This document shows positions 36,981 through 52,139 of a stretch of 64,000 nt of DNA, one piece after another. The position numbers and the translations under genes are program-made. The stretch is from Chrysomallon squamiferum (lineage: Eukaryota > Animalia > Mollusca), in the NCBI GenBank assembly GCA_012295275.1, contig CM022676.1:6944001-7008000 (forward strand), written 5' to 3'. Numbering within the stretch: the first letter of the stretch is position 1; every line of letters begins with the position of its first letter. The notes beneath the pieces were generated by a model. The model was not told where the DNA came from and did not search any database. It saw nothing but the letters and a program-made list of their open reading frames with translations.

Positions 36981-39700
36981 CCAATATTTTAAAATTAAAA
37001 CCGAATATCTACGAAAAAAAAAAAAAAAAAAAAAAAAAGAATAATTCAATATTTTTATTTCATTAATAATTTATTAAGGTATTTCCTTTCCAGATTAATT
37101 TTCTTTATGGTTGGTTTTGTCATTTTCTAAAAATAATCAAAGTAAATTATCCAGTGAAGACCGTATAATCTTTTTCCATTAATACAGATTAACAAATAAA
37201 ACTTGATCCATTTGACATAGTTAGGCCATTATATGAAAGAACAGCAACAACAGCGACAACAACAGCTATAATGACTACTACTGTGACCTTTACTACTACA
37301 GTTACTATTAAGTTTACTTCTACTGGAGCTATTACCACTGCTAATATTAATTATTCTACTACTACTATTCCAGCAACAAAGACAACTACTACTACTACTA
37401 CTAATTATACTGCTACTACTACTACTACTAATAATAATAAGTTACAAATATATTAGTATTAGTAGATGTGTCTATAATAATGATTCCATATGTATTGTTT
37501 GTTTTTGTCGGTTTTCTTTTTTTTTTTTTTTTTTTTTAATTATTTATAATTTATATCACAGTGCACACTTTTAATTTACTTATTATTATTATCTTTTAAT
37601 ATTCTAAATGCAACTTTTATAGCCAGTCTGTTCATATTTCATTGTTTCATTATGATAAAACAGAATAAAACGTTTCACGCGCCTCGACGATTTTCCGGAT
37701 ATGGTTACTGACGCATGACAAGTAATGATTTCCTTGCCTCGAGAGAAATACTTCCGCTGAACGCGCTATGCACGTGATTTTACAGATCACCGTTTCCGTT
37801 ACGATTCCGTAGGGACCATCTCAAATGTCAATTAAATAGAAATAATTCATGCTGCCGTTTAGAATGTGGAATAAAAGTTACGTGGTGTCATTTTCGTTTA
37901 AAATGTGATTTATTTATTTTTTTTTTTTTTTTTTTTTTTTGGTTTTGTTTTTGTTTTTGCTTTGCTTTGTTGTTGTTGTTGTTGTTGTTATTATTATTAT
38001 TATTATTTCTTTCTTTCTTTTTATTATATGCATTTTTTTAAATTCTAATTTATTTATTTATTCTTTTTTTTACCTTTTTTTTCTTAAAGCTATGAAAAAA
38101 TATTGTTCACAATAATGACGTAACATTAATACAAATAATAATAATAATAATAATAATAAGAAGAAGAAGAAGATGATGATGATGAAGAAAAATAACAACA
38201 GTAAAAGAGAAGATGAAAACTAATTCGGTAATATGACGTCGTTAATGCTTTGGCGAGATCTCCTTAATAAAAGGAGGAGCTATAGAATTACAGACAAAAC
38301 AATATGGTTTGCGATAAAGTCGTAATACTAAATATTATGACGTAATTATGAATACAGGTCTATCTAGCCCTTTTTAATCTCTGTAGTTAATTATAATTAA
38401 TGAAATAGGATAATTATATTACCGTGTTGCATCACTTTCCGTGACTGTTACGTAAACTGCCGAAGTAAGCGACGGAAATAACAACAAAAATTGAATTGCC
38501 AGTGAATATCTGGTGTTTATCAATAAATGTTTTGTTGTAGTTCTCTTTGATGTTTTCGTCTCAGGTGAACTTTGTATTTAATCTGTTTTAATGAGGCCAT
38601 GACGAAATTTACTGTAATTTATTTATTTAAAATATATTACAAAAACAAAAATGGACTCAGGTGTAAAATCGTAAATGACAAAACAAAATATACAGAAACC
38701 GAATCAGTATTAATATCGATATAAAACAATCGGTATTTTTATATTTCACGTCACGTTATATTTTTATATTTCATATATATATATAATAATGTATATGTGC
38801 GTGTGCGTGCGTCTGTGTGTGTGTAAATAAATTTTGGTAATAATAATATCAGTTAAAATGTCCTTTTTAAAATATTTTCATTTATTGTATTTTTGTAATT
38901 TTTGTATATTTATTTATTTTCAGATGACAGAAATTCTTTCTGTTATTATTATTTTTTTTACCCTAAAATTATTTTTCTTTATAATTTGTATGGCTTTCGG
39001 ATATTATTATTATTTATTTTTTTTTAAATAAATACACAATTATAATTCCATCAATTCACTAACACTGCTACAGTTCAAGAGTACTCTAAATTGCATTTGA
39101 TTTCTAAGCATATTATTATATTATTACTATTACTTTTATATCTTATATTTCTTAATAAGCGTTGCTAATATTGTACTATAAACATATGTAAGCTTGTACG
39201 ATTATTATTTATTTATTTATTTAATTTTTTTTTTTTACCTCTTTTCATCTTTTTAAAAATATTTTTAGCTGTTTTTGTGTTCGTGTATGTGTGTGTATGT
39301 GTGTGTGTGTGTTTGTGTATGTGTGTGTGTGTGTGTGTTTGTGTATGTGTGTGTGTGTGTGTTTGTGTATGTGTGTGTTATCATTATTTTTTTTACCTTT
39401 TAATTATTATTATTAATGGGGTTTTATATTTTATATTTGTTACTTCTCTTATCATATTTTTTCAACATGCATTTCATTCGAATTTCAATCTAAAAGTTTT
39501 CTTTATTAATCTTTTTAATTTCATTTATATGTTTATTATTAGTTTTACTTTATTTTATTTCACATTAATTAAATTATTTATTATCTCATTAGAGTGACAT
39601 ATCCATATACTGAAGAAGGTATCCTTATTAATTTATTTTCTTAGTTCATTCCTCTTCTTCTTCTTCTTCTTCTTCTTATTGTTATTATTATTATTATTAT

Positions 39701-39756
<56 letters not shown>

Positions 39757-39988
39757 ATATCATAATCATTACTATCATTAACTATTTGTAAATCTTCGTT
39801 TATTTCTTCTTTAAAAAAAGTTTTTCTTCATAAATATTTCAGTTACTATTATATAATTTTTATTATTATGTTGTTTTAAAAATATTTTATCATGTTTTAT
39901 TTCGTATTTTATATTATTTATGCCTCTATTTGTATTTTTTATTTTATTATTTTGTTGTTGTTTTTTTGTTACTATTATTATTATTAAA

Positions 39989-40026
<38 letters not shown>

Positions 40027-40289
40027 ATATTTTTTAATTATTTTATTTTTTTCTGCCAGACTTACTTTTCAGTCGCAGTTCAAACTAACAGTAAATCATC
40101 TTTTTCTCAATCGATTTCTTTTCTTCTCAAACCTTTTCAAGAATTGTATTTTAAAAGAATGTACCGTTATTGAACACAATCTGTCGTTTTTTCGTCCATA
40201 TGTCAAGACTACAGGTAAAATAACCTCAAGTATTCTTACCATTGTTTACCTGGAAATGATAATATACCGTACAATTCCTTGTTAATACG

Positions 40290-40762
40290 TTCTAAGTACG
40301 GTGCAGGACTAACAGCCCTTTCATCCTGGCGGGTTAAAGGCGGAGGGCGGGAAGCAGCGCGTGCTGTTGTTGTTACTAGCACGAGGGTTTTATTGTGCAC
40401 GAGCGGAGTGCGTAACGAGTCTTTGATAAAGTGGATTCTCGGATTTATTAGTCGTTAAAACATTAATCCGTTCCGATAGGAATTAACGCTGCAGTTGAAA
40501 TGTTGGCAAATATCAGATTCAGAGAGTAACCGGTTAAGCTTTCCACTTCATGATTTCTACGTTGCGGTTTCGTATCCCGTCGCCGGCTTCTACTCGCAGC
40601 TAATTGTTTATTTTTACGTGACGTCCATTCCTTTGTTTTTTCCTGTACGTTATGGGTAAATCTGCCATTTTGTTTTTATTATTATTACTATTATTATTAT
40701 TATTATTGTTGTTGTTATTTATGTTGTTGTTATTATTATTATACTACTAATAATAATACCAC

Positions 40763-40802
<40 letters not shown>

Positions 40803-40856
40803 TTACTACTACTACTACTACTACTACTACTATCGTTGTTGTTATTATTATTATTA

Positions 40857-40892
<36 letters not shown>

Positions 40893-41460
40893 TATTATTG
40901 TTATTATTATTATTATTATTATTATTCAGTGCTAACTAATAATCTGATGGTTATCTATGGAAAAAGGAAAATCTCGACTTGGAAGATATACAAATCGACG
41001 TTATTTGCCAAGATAACTAGGAAAAAAAATAAATGGCCGTGACGTTTTGCATCCTGGGATAGCTCGCATAATCCGATGACGTCACGGAAAACATGAAATA
41101 GAGGAGATTTCGAAACTCTACACTTCGTTTTTGTACATAACTATCAAATGCTAAGAGATGAACCCACTTCTGTAAACATACCATGAACGTGGACCCTATA
41201 TAGCAATACAAAACATTTATTCATTTTATTAATACTTCAAAGCATATTCCCAAGACAAATTAATAGTGTAAAGATATAGCATCGTTTAACTGTCAGAAAG
41301 TTTGACAAATAGCTAGATTCGACTAAAATACAGCGCCATTATTTAATCGTAACAACCGAACCCTCATTTTAGCGATAATTTACGTACAGTTTATGCGCGG
41401 AAGTTACCGGCTGAATATCCAAAATCGAAATTCAAAAAGATACCGGGATAAGGATTATTT
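40290..41460. promoter_or_regulatory. Two CpG-rich islands (40290-40660, 41020-41460), candidate enhancers
   Basis: GC boxes and GGCGGGAA 40346; CACGAG 40380 and 40398; full CRE TGACGTCA 41077. Confidence 0.45.
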
Positions 41461-41521
41461 TTGTGTGTCTGTGTTTCCCCCCCCCAGATGCCCTCTGTAA
41501 CCTTCCATTTTGAAAAATAGT

Positions 41522-41524
<3 letters not shown>

Positions 41525-41602
<78 letters not shown>
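41525..41602. repeat. (CT)n microsatellite
   Basis: Direct inspection. Confidence 0.95.
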
Positions 41603-41606
<4 letters not shown>

Positions 41607-41616
41607 GTATGTATGC

Positions 41617-41660
<44 letters not shown>

Positions 41661-41770
41661 TTATATATTCATAATTTGATCAGTTAAGTATTTTTAAAAT
41701 TCATTTTTTTCTCCGACTGACATTTCAGTATTTAGTAGAAACTGGTTGTATTAGCTAACAAAATAATAAC

Positions 41771-41850
<80 letters not shown>

Positions 41851-42526
41851 AATAAAATATAAATACGTTGTAAACACAAACATTAGAATGGTTCAGATTT
41901 TGACTTTAAAATAATTTAATCAGACTGGTGCACGATGAATCATTATCTTTATCAATTCGTGTTCAGCTTCATCTTTAAAACTATTTACAATATACATTTA
42001 TATACAGACGCATGTACCAAAATTTTTCTTTTAAAATATAAAGTAACTTATTGGATTTGGTAAGAAATAAACCTAATTAAATTATATCAGTTATAGCAAA
42101 GGAATATTTATTTTTAAGAAAGTAACAAGGTACAAGGGAATGAATATATAAATACATGCATTTGGTTCATGAAATTACGTACGTATATATTTATGCTTAC
42201 TTATTTAGGTAAGTGCCTACATTTATAAATGTACAGCCATAGAATACTAATTATAAACTCCTGGACAAGTATTTGTACATACTTAGGTGACTACTGAGAG
42301 TGCGGGATATCGAGAATGCGCATGTACATTAATTTTATTTTTGGAACTAAAATAAAGTAAAACGAAAAATATCAATTAAGAGATTTTCTAGTGATAAATT
42401 AGGCATTTAAATTATATATTGTTTAAAAACAAAAATGGAAATTGTTTTTGGATAGTCAACTTTCTTATTATTGTTATCATCATTATAATAATTATCATTA
42501 TGTTTATTATTATTATTATTATTATT

Positions 42527-42568
<42 letters not shown>

Positions 42569-42708
42569 TTTGTTGTTACTACTACTAATATTCAAACTAC
42601 CACTACTACTACGATTATAAAATCACATAACCTTTTTTACAGTGACAAAAATCTAAAACAACAAAAAAATAACTTTAAATTACAGCATAAATAGACAAAC
42701 AAAATGTT

Positions 42709-42745
<37 letters not shown>

Positions 42746-42768
42746 TTTTTGTTTTTTTTGTATGAATA

Positions 42769-42802
<34 letters not shown>

Positions 42803-43129
42803 TCTTAAAACATATAAATTGGGTCCAAATTAGCAAGCAAACGTTAATAATAAAGTTTTGGCGTGGGTTACTGCAGTATTCAAACTAAATATCTATAGAC
42901 GATGCAGGGCTTTTGTGTGGACGAAAAAAAAAAAAAAAAAATCATTTAAAAATAATCTAAATAAGCTAATAAACATTGTTTGCTAATTTACTTATTCTCT
43001 AAATTCCGTATCGCTCATGCCGTCTGCGTTTTTATCAACGCGCCATTATACCAAACGAAAGCTTTTTCCCAAATGAACACTTCTCGAGTCGTCTGCGTCA
43101 GATTAGCGAAAATCGATCACAAATTAAAT

Positions 43130-43508
43130 AAGTCATTGGCTCGCCGCGAAACAGCCAATCAGAGAGCGACGAATGCTAATTAATATCAACAATAATCCGA
43201 ACAGTACCAAACGTTGTCATCGGCCATACTGAGTCGGCGAAACCCCGCGGAGGGAATCCTATATAAATGGAAGGACATGATGGACTTCGTCACAGTGTCA
43301 GCGGAAAATGCCGAAGACGACACTTTATGGATAATAATAGTAGGGCAGACGAAAGACCGTGGACGACAACAAAAGCGCAATAAGAGGTGTCAATGGTCGC
43401 AGAGGATTGACTTCTTAATGGAAAGAGGAGCAAAGAGCTGAAAAAAGTAAACATTAGTGCGTGAGGCACTCACATTTGCGAATTTAGGAGTTAAGGCGGA
43501 CAAGAAAG
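43130..43508 (+). promoter_or_regulatory. TATA/CCAAT core promoter and candidate non-coding first exon (probably of the NHLH gene)
   Basis: ATTGG 43135; CCAAT 43155; TATATAAA 43260-43267; Inr-like TCAC(AGT) ~30 nt later at 43290; donor aag|GTattt at 43509. Confidence 0.6.
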
Positions 43509-43636
43509 GTATTTATGTTTTAACGATATTTACTTTGTAGAAATGACTTCATTATTTTTGTATTGTAGTCCTTTTAATGATATTAAGGAAGTGGACTGAA
43601 AACATTAATAGAAGTAATTATCAGAATAAGAGTTGC

Positions 43637-43692
<56 letters not shown>

Positions 43693-43852
43693 GCATTATC
43701 ATAATCATATTGTCATCGTTATGATGATAGAAAGAGAATGATGATTACATTAATATTGTGGTGATGAAGATATGATGATTGTAAGATTATGATGACAGTA
43801 ATGATAAAAACTCCAGTGATAATAATACTGAATTGATAACAACGATGATATG

Positions 43853-43897
<45 letters not shown>

Positions 43898-43944
43898 GTT
43901 TATAGTCATCATAGCCTATTATTATTATTATTATTATTATTATT

Positions 43945-43987
<43 letters not shown>

Positions 43988-44448
43988 ACAGTAACAACAA
44001 CAAAAATAATTGTATTCAAATCTTTATTATTTATCAAATTAGAAAATTTCTGATCAGGTATACCTCATATTATCATAAAATAATTTCTACCTGCTGAATC
44101 ATAACTAATACAATTGATTACATTATCTAAAGAATTTAAATACGAAACAATTAAAATCTTTGTCATTATTTAAATTTAATCACTTAACTTAAGTCCATTT
44201 AATTCTTATATTAAATTTTAAAAAAAATAAAAATTATAAACACGAACATAACATAATGAAACATTTATAAATAAAATTCATATTGAATAGATGACAGACA
44301 AACCTAATAATAGGCCAAAGAGTAAAATTTTATTGTTACGTATTGTCTGCCAGTTATATAAATTAGAAAAGTATTAGAAAATAATAATAATAATAAAAAT
44401 TAAACCCGATAAGTATTCGAAGATGCGAAACGTAGTTCACTAAGTTTC

Positions 44449-44453
<5 letters not shown>

Positions 44454-44526
<73 letters not shown>
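44454..44526. repeat. (CT)n microsatellite
   Basis: Direct inspection. Confidence 0.95.
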
Positions 44527-44531
<5 letters not shown>

Positions 44532-45820
44532 CAGACACATTTAACAAACAGAAGGTTTAAACAGAGACGAGACATTGATCAAAGCATAGTTTTTAAAACC
44601 GTAGGGAATAAAACAAAAATATGCGGGTAGAATATAAAACTGACATATGTTTCTCCATAGAATTATAAAATAGCTGCCAAATGTTTCTTAATTTTCTTTA
44701 TTAATACTGAAATTATAAAAATCTAGTCCTCTATAAATTTTATTACAGCATTTAAACAATTCATGTTATGAATTTTATATGACGCACACACAGACACGTA
44801 CATATGCACTCACACATGCACTCACACACACGTAAATACGCATGCAGACACATATACAAAAACAGACAGATACACATAGACAGAAATAAAATTTTCAATA
44901 TTAAAATAAATATAGTATCGTAATACTGTATGATTTTATTTTATTTGAAATAGTTATATTATAAACGCCAACTTAATCGCAATGTCTTTATTTTTTTTTT
45001 CTCCACAACAATGTTATGACATATATACATATATAATTGTAAATACTTTCAGTTATTTAATTTACTTCTTTATCTCTTTCTGACATCTAACAACCGAAAT
45101 ATTATTGTCGTATAATATTCTTTCCTTTTTTTCATCCTTCATTGATTTTTATCTCTCCTATATTCATTGTTTAATAAAAGAAGAATACGATTTAATAAAC
45201 AACTATTCTCACGCTTTCGTATTATACTATACATATGTATGTAAATGTATATGTATATGCATATGTGTATGTATGTGTAAGCAATATAAAGAATAATTCT
45301 TAATGTTTTTAATCGAAAATGTTTTATACATTTTATTATATATTCTGAATATATGCATATATATATGGATATATAGATATAGATATAGATATATAGATAT
45401 ATACTTGTGTGTGAATGCGTATGTGTGTATGTGTATATACATATACCTATATGTGCATATAGACAAATAGATAAATAGATAGATAGAGAGACAGACAGAT
45501 AGAAAGACACACTAAACAAATAAAACAGGCTGAAGATAAATACAGGAGATATTATCAATATGATAACAGTTTGCCCCATGTATTACACACTGATTTTTGC
45601 GGATGCGCTGTTGGTCTGAATACTGTAACTACTTTCTAAATATACTATAGTGCTTTACAAACATTACACTTTAAAGAAGGTGAAAATTTATATATTGGTT
45701 TGATGATTTCAACACACATTGGAAACTGTTAATTTTAAATAAAGCTAATAAGAAAAAACGCGAACTGATTTTATATATACATATATTAGTTCTTTACATT
45801 ATTTTGAATAATGATAATAT

Positions 45821-45891
<71 letters not shown>

Positions 45892-47294
45892 TCTTTGAGT
45901 TCATATTAATATTTGTAATTTATATTAATATTCAGATTTCAATCAACATTTTTTTTTTTTTTATTGTATTTTTATTTATATCAAATATTTACCACAGTTC
46001 AGTACCTACCACATAGATATCTATCTCAAATCTAGTCCGGACACTAAACCCGGTTCGTTTGTCAACGTATCGATCAGATGACCCGGATTTAATCGGATTA
46101 CGCTTTCCTCTGGCCCATTACCGCGAAAATACTAATAGAATTTCAATCGCTTCCTGAGAAATATTCACAAAAATATTCGCTGAGAATTTGCCAACAACTG
46201 AATCCCGTACACAAACGAAGGAAGGGCTCAAATTAGGCCAAGAAATCGAAAGAAATCAAATAAACTGAAAGCGGAAACGTGGGTCAATAGAATGTTACTC
46301 ACCACTCGATCGTAAACCAGTCTAAAATAGTTTTGAAGAGCGCTAGAGGTTTGGCACAACGTTTTCAAGTTAAAAAAAGAAGAATTAAAGAAACTTTTTC
46401 ATTTTTTGTACAAGGCACTTGTTTTGGTTTACGTAGAAATAATTGTTTTGTTTATTGTTGTTGTTGTTTTTTGCTGTTAATTTAGATAGAATTAATATTA
46501 CTAATACCACTACTACCTACTGATTTTATAACTATTACTATCATTAAAAACACCACAACTACTAAAAATACTAGTGCGGCTGCTACTATTTCTACAACAA
46601 CTACTACTATTACTACAACTACTGCTACTACTACTACAAGTAATACTATTCTTCCATCATTATCACTACTATTACTGCTGCTACCATTAGCTATTCATTT
46701 GATCAAAATTATAATGAAATAAAGGTTAGAAATAAAACATAGATAGATATTTAGTCCACTATAATAATACTGTTAGAAATTTCTTTTCCAGTTAACTGCT
46801 AAATTTATTATTTATAGAAATAAACAAAATATATTTATTCATAGTATTAAAATTATATCTTTTTTTAACATCAGATGATACTTTAAAGTAAATCGTTCCA
46901 ACCTGTGCGCGAATGACGTCATGACTATAAAAATGGCGGAATTTCGATATTTTAGAATTATATTCTTTACTAAATAAGACTGGACGTCAAAAATACAAAC
47001 AAAATATCACTTGAAAGTATAAGAGAGTATAATTTAGTATATTTCTTGGTATTACCTAAAGTACATGTTAACAGCAGAGATTAAATAAAATATTTTATAT
47101 TTCTGACCATTTCAGGATATGTATGTGAACAGATGAACTGAAGTTAACTGTCCACCAAACTCTCAAAAATAACAAATAAAACTTTTCGTCATACGTAACA
47201 AAATGAGGGCTTCACCGTTTGACCATCCGTCACACAGGTAAGTTTTAACAAAACTTACTTATTTATTTTTATAAGAATAATTAAAAGTTGCGTT

Positions 47295-47680
47295 AAAAGC
47301 TTGAATATGTAAAATATGAATATTTCGATATTTAAAGTTTAAAACTTGAATTATTAAAACGTATATTTAAAACTAGAACATTAAAAAATAAATAAAAAAA
47401 TAAATAAGAAAAATTATATTTGAAATTTGAAATTTGAATATTATAAGATTAAAACACTGGATATTTAAAACTTGAATATTAAAAAGCTGGATTTTTAAAA
47501 TTTGGGTATTTATAACTTGAATATTAAAACATGAGGTATTTGACTCTCTTGAATATTTAAAGACTGGATATTTAAAACTTGAATAATAAGAATCTGGATA
47601 GTTAAAGCTTAAATTGTACAAGCTTGAATATTTACTGCTTGGATTTTACAGTTCAGTATTTATAACTTAATATTTGAAAC
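47295..47680. repeat. ~14-15-bp minisatellite (taaaacttgaatat / aaaagctggatatt)
   Basis: About 20 or more degenerate units in tandem. Confidence 0.8.
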
Positions 47681-47972
47681 TACGGGAGTTTCTTTTTTCA
47701 TACATTTATTTAAAAGTTATTCCGTTGTATATTTTAAACCAAAAAAAATATAGCACTTTGTTTCAGCATAAATAAGTTTATTATTATCAAAACGTACGTA
47801 CTGTTTCATAATAATTAGAGTACATATATTTAGCTTGTATACAACCCTGTTGTTGCTGTTATTGTTGTTACTACTGCTATTACTGCTACATCCGTTTTTA
47901 TAATTATTATAATCATTATTATCTTTATCATTATCATTCTTCTTCTTCTTTATAATAATGATAATACTAGTA

Positions 47973-48022
<50 letters not shown>

Positions 48023-48397
48023 TAAAATAAATAACTATTATTATAAAATAATATGTCATAACAGAAAATATTTAATGATTAAAGCTAAGTATTTTTTCAA
48101 TGTAAATAATGTATATTTATTGTAATTTAATCCTTTGGTTGTTTCATGGTCGCGATACAAAACTTTGAACTCTATTTTTAATGCATGGATATTCATTTTT
48201 CAATGTCTATCTTTCTAATATATATATATCAGTGATTTAGTATTTTGTCCTATTTCTGTTTAATTAATACAAGATCGATTATAAAGGCAATTAACGACTT
48301 AAAGTTTAGTTCCAAGGTCTTAAACAGATAAAAAGAAATAAAAAGAAAACATATTTATTTACAAATTTAGTTCATATGATTATTTGTTTGAACATTT

Positions 48398-48400
<3 letters not shown>

Positions 48401-48456
<56 letters not shown>
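48401..48456. repeat. (GA)n microsatellite
   Basis: Direct inspection. Confidence 0.95.
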
Positions 48457-48459
<3 letters not shown>

Positions 48460-49149
48460 AAATATACACAAGAACGATAACAACAATAACACCAGAATAA
48501 CAACTACTACGACAACAATGACAACTTCCTAAATGTTTAGCACAACAGAGACACATATATAAATACACACAAATACATACATACATACGTACATATTCCT
48601 GAATCTTCTGTCATAATACTGTAATTAATATTGGCTTTCTGCCCTCGTATTTAAATGATGCAGTTTGGAATAGCCAAAATTTATATTTTAAAATAATAGC
48701 CGACAGCATTTTAATTTTAAGCCATTAATAATATTTGTTCGTTGTCACAGCAGATTAACCCATGGATTTTGGGTTAGATAAATTAATATTTAAAATTAAT
48801 ATGTGGTGCAAAAAATAACAGAGAAATACGCGATTAATTTTATATTTTCATTTTAATCCATTAACAGCTAATTAGATTGATAATATTGTTAACATTTATT
48901 ATTTATTTTTTCTTCTTCTTCTTCTTCTTCTTATTATTATTATTAACATTTATTCTTTATTGTTCTTATTATCATGATTATTACTACAACTATTTCAATT
49001 ACTATACATTTTTTTCTTTTCTTCTTCTTCTTCTTCTTTTTATTATTTCATTTAATTATATATTTCTTCTTTAAAATTTTAATTTTCCCAGCTCAAAAAT
49101 TAGATAATTTATTTTATTTCGTTTGTGCAATAGTTTTATTTCACACATT

Positions 49150-49560
49150 CACAACCTGAGTCATGACGTTTTTATGTATTACGTCACAGAGAGCCCGTAT
49201 GACATGTTTATGACTTCCAAGTCGCAAGGACAGGGGAACACAAAAATGCGACATGTTGTTCGCAGACTGAAGGCATTTTCTAGCCATTCTTTGCTAAAAT
49301 TTCGTTCAATATTTGTTCAAATAAAAGTCAATTTGAGCATAAAACCATTCTAATTCGGTGAATACATTGCCAGAGATGAGAAAGCCTGGCCATCTGGCGC
49401 GATAATACACGCGCAATGATGACTGCACGCGCAGAATCGCGCGGACATCAGTCCTAATTGGATTGTCATTTTGCATTTTATCTCGGTTTTGTCGCAAAGT
49501 CCCTTGTGTGTGCCGCGCCATGAGAGTCTTATTCGTTCGTATTTTCCTCCTTTTCTGGTG
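49150..49560. promoter_or_regulatory. CpG-rich island, candidate neural enhancer
   Basis: TGAGTCA and CRE half-sites near 49158-49187; proneural-type E-box gcCATCTGgc 49391; CACGCG 49408 and 49426. Confidence 0.45.
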
Positions 49561-49838
49561 AGATCCGAAGATGATAAAACCCTCTAAAATGTAATGACTG
49601 GATGCCAGAAATATCTTTGTTAATTAAGTTAATTTCTGATTCATTTTGAACAAAACAGAAGAAAAGAAGAAGAAGATTTTTTTCTTTTTTCGTTTTTCTT
49701 TTTTTTTTTTTAAAAAAAAAAGAAAAAAAATTAGAAAATAAAAAACAGAAAACAGAAAAAAAAGAAAAAAACAAAGAGGAAATTTTGATAAAACCACCAG
49801 GTATGATGGACGGGTGATAAGAAGTGCTAGTATTTCTT

Positions 49839-49869
<31 letters not shown>

Positions 49870-50076
49870 TAATAATAATAATATAATAATAATAATCATA
49901 ATAATCTTAATCATAACGATGATGATGTTCTTGTATTAAATTTAATATTTTTAAAATAATCTGGATAAACTAGTATGTGATGTATTTTAAGAGAATTCTC
50001 GAGGTAAATACGAATATTTAGTCCAGCGATGATCATCATGATGGCGACAATGATGATGAGGATGATGATGATGATG

Positions 50077-50115
<39 letters not shown>

Positions 50116-50258
50116 CTACAACAATAGCAATAGCAATAATAACGATAATGATAATGATAACAATTATAAGAACAATAAATAACAATAACAATAACAGTAA
50201 CAACAATAATAATGTACTGATAATGATGATGATGATGGTGATGATGATGATGGTGATC

Positions 50259-50298
<40 letters not shown>

Positions 50299-50936
50299 GA
50301 AAACAAAATGAAAAGAAATGAAAAAGAACATAAGATATTCACGTATTTTTAATATCTGTGTATTAAGCATTAGTTCTAATATTGCTTAATATTCCAGTAC
50401 TTAGGCTGCATTTTCTTCGCTTGTTTTATGTACGTGTGTTTGTTTGTCTTTGTACGTCTTTGAACATTTGTACGTAGGTTCGCCATCTCTGAACTAATGT
50501 AGAATTTGTGTAATATAATTTATCAACGTCTGAAAATTTTAGTGAAAATCCTGTCTGGTTTGCTAAGTATAAACAAATGTCAGTATTGAATTTTGCATTA
50601 CTCAAAAATAATTTACTTCCTCTTTTTCGTGCAAATTTACATTCCCATCGAATCGATATATCATCCGCCATAATCACTAGATTGTGTGGAATTTGATGAT
50701 GATGATGATGATGATGATAAATAAATAAATAAAAATAAATAAAAATAATGCTAATAAACAAAATAAAACCAAAATTTTGAAGAGATACATAACATTTATA
50801 ATTACCCAACTGGATAGATATTGAAAAGAATGGATGGATGTAGGGATGTATGGAACGAAAGATCGAAAAAAGACAGGCTGTCTGACTTATAGACAGATAT
50901 ATCAAAATACATAGAAAGATCTGTTGAAAGATAGAA

Positions 50937-50941
<5 letters not shown>

Positions 50942-51013
<72 letters not shown>
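50942..51013. repeat. (GA)n microsatellite
   Basis: Direct inspection. Confidence 0.95.
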
Positions 51014-51022
<9 letters not shown>

Positions 51023-51694
51023 CGGACATACAGACTAGGCAGATAGAAATGTAGATAGATGGACAGACAGACACATGGATGTATGGATGAAAAGATAGTC
51101 AGATAGCTGAAAGGGACGGTCACACGTAGTAATGGATAGATGAAAGAATAAAAACCCTTTTTTATTTTTAAACTACTTAATTAATATATTAAAAACAAAA
51201 GTGTCATATACATTTTTTTTTTTTTTTTTTTTTTATATCCCTTTATTTCAATTTTAGATCTTCATTTTAATATTTTATTAAAAATCGGAAAACCCTCCTT
51301 TCCTTAATCGATTATCTAAAAATAGCCAATAATCATATTTCTTCAGGGAAAGTAACTCTAAAATGGTATGACAGATTGCGCGACTATCGACGTCTCGTGC
51401 TTGCGCGTGCACAATAAACAGCCTCAATCCCAGGAGAGTGTATTTTAGTTTTAAAGATGGAGAACAGAGGAATGATCAAAGTAGAATCGTCTGTTGAAAA
51501 TAAAATCAGAGGTTCAGGTCGGATCCATGGATGTGGTTAAATGGATCTGGATCTGCCATGATCATGATTATCAGTTGCTGTTGTCATTGTTGATGTTGTT
51601 GTTGTTGTTGTTGTTGTTGCCGTCATCGTTGTTATTATTATTAACATTATCATTATTAAAGTTGTTGTTGTTGTTGGTATTGTTTTTGTTATTT

Positions 51695-51730
<36 letters not shown>

Positions 51731-52096
51731 TAGAAATGTTCTTTTTCTTTTTTTGTCTTCATTATCATACTTATCCTTATTTCTTCTTTTTAAAATAAAT
51801 ATTGCTATTTAATAAATAACTTTTAGTTGAAATAAAGAGTGGAAAGATTGAAAAACAAAAATAAGACTGATATTAAGCAAATAAATTCAGTAGAAAGAGC
51901 AAAGATGAAAATGAAATAATTATATCTGTCAATCCATCTGTCCATACATTCATTCTTTAAACAAGCAACAATAATAATATTAACATAATTAAAACAAACA
52001 GAATAATTAAAAATAATAATTAGTATTATCTTTGGAGAAAACAAAATTAAATTAACAATAACAACAGTAATACTAATACAAATACTAATACTACTA

Positions 52097-52139
<43 letters not shown>

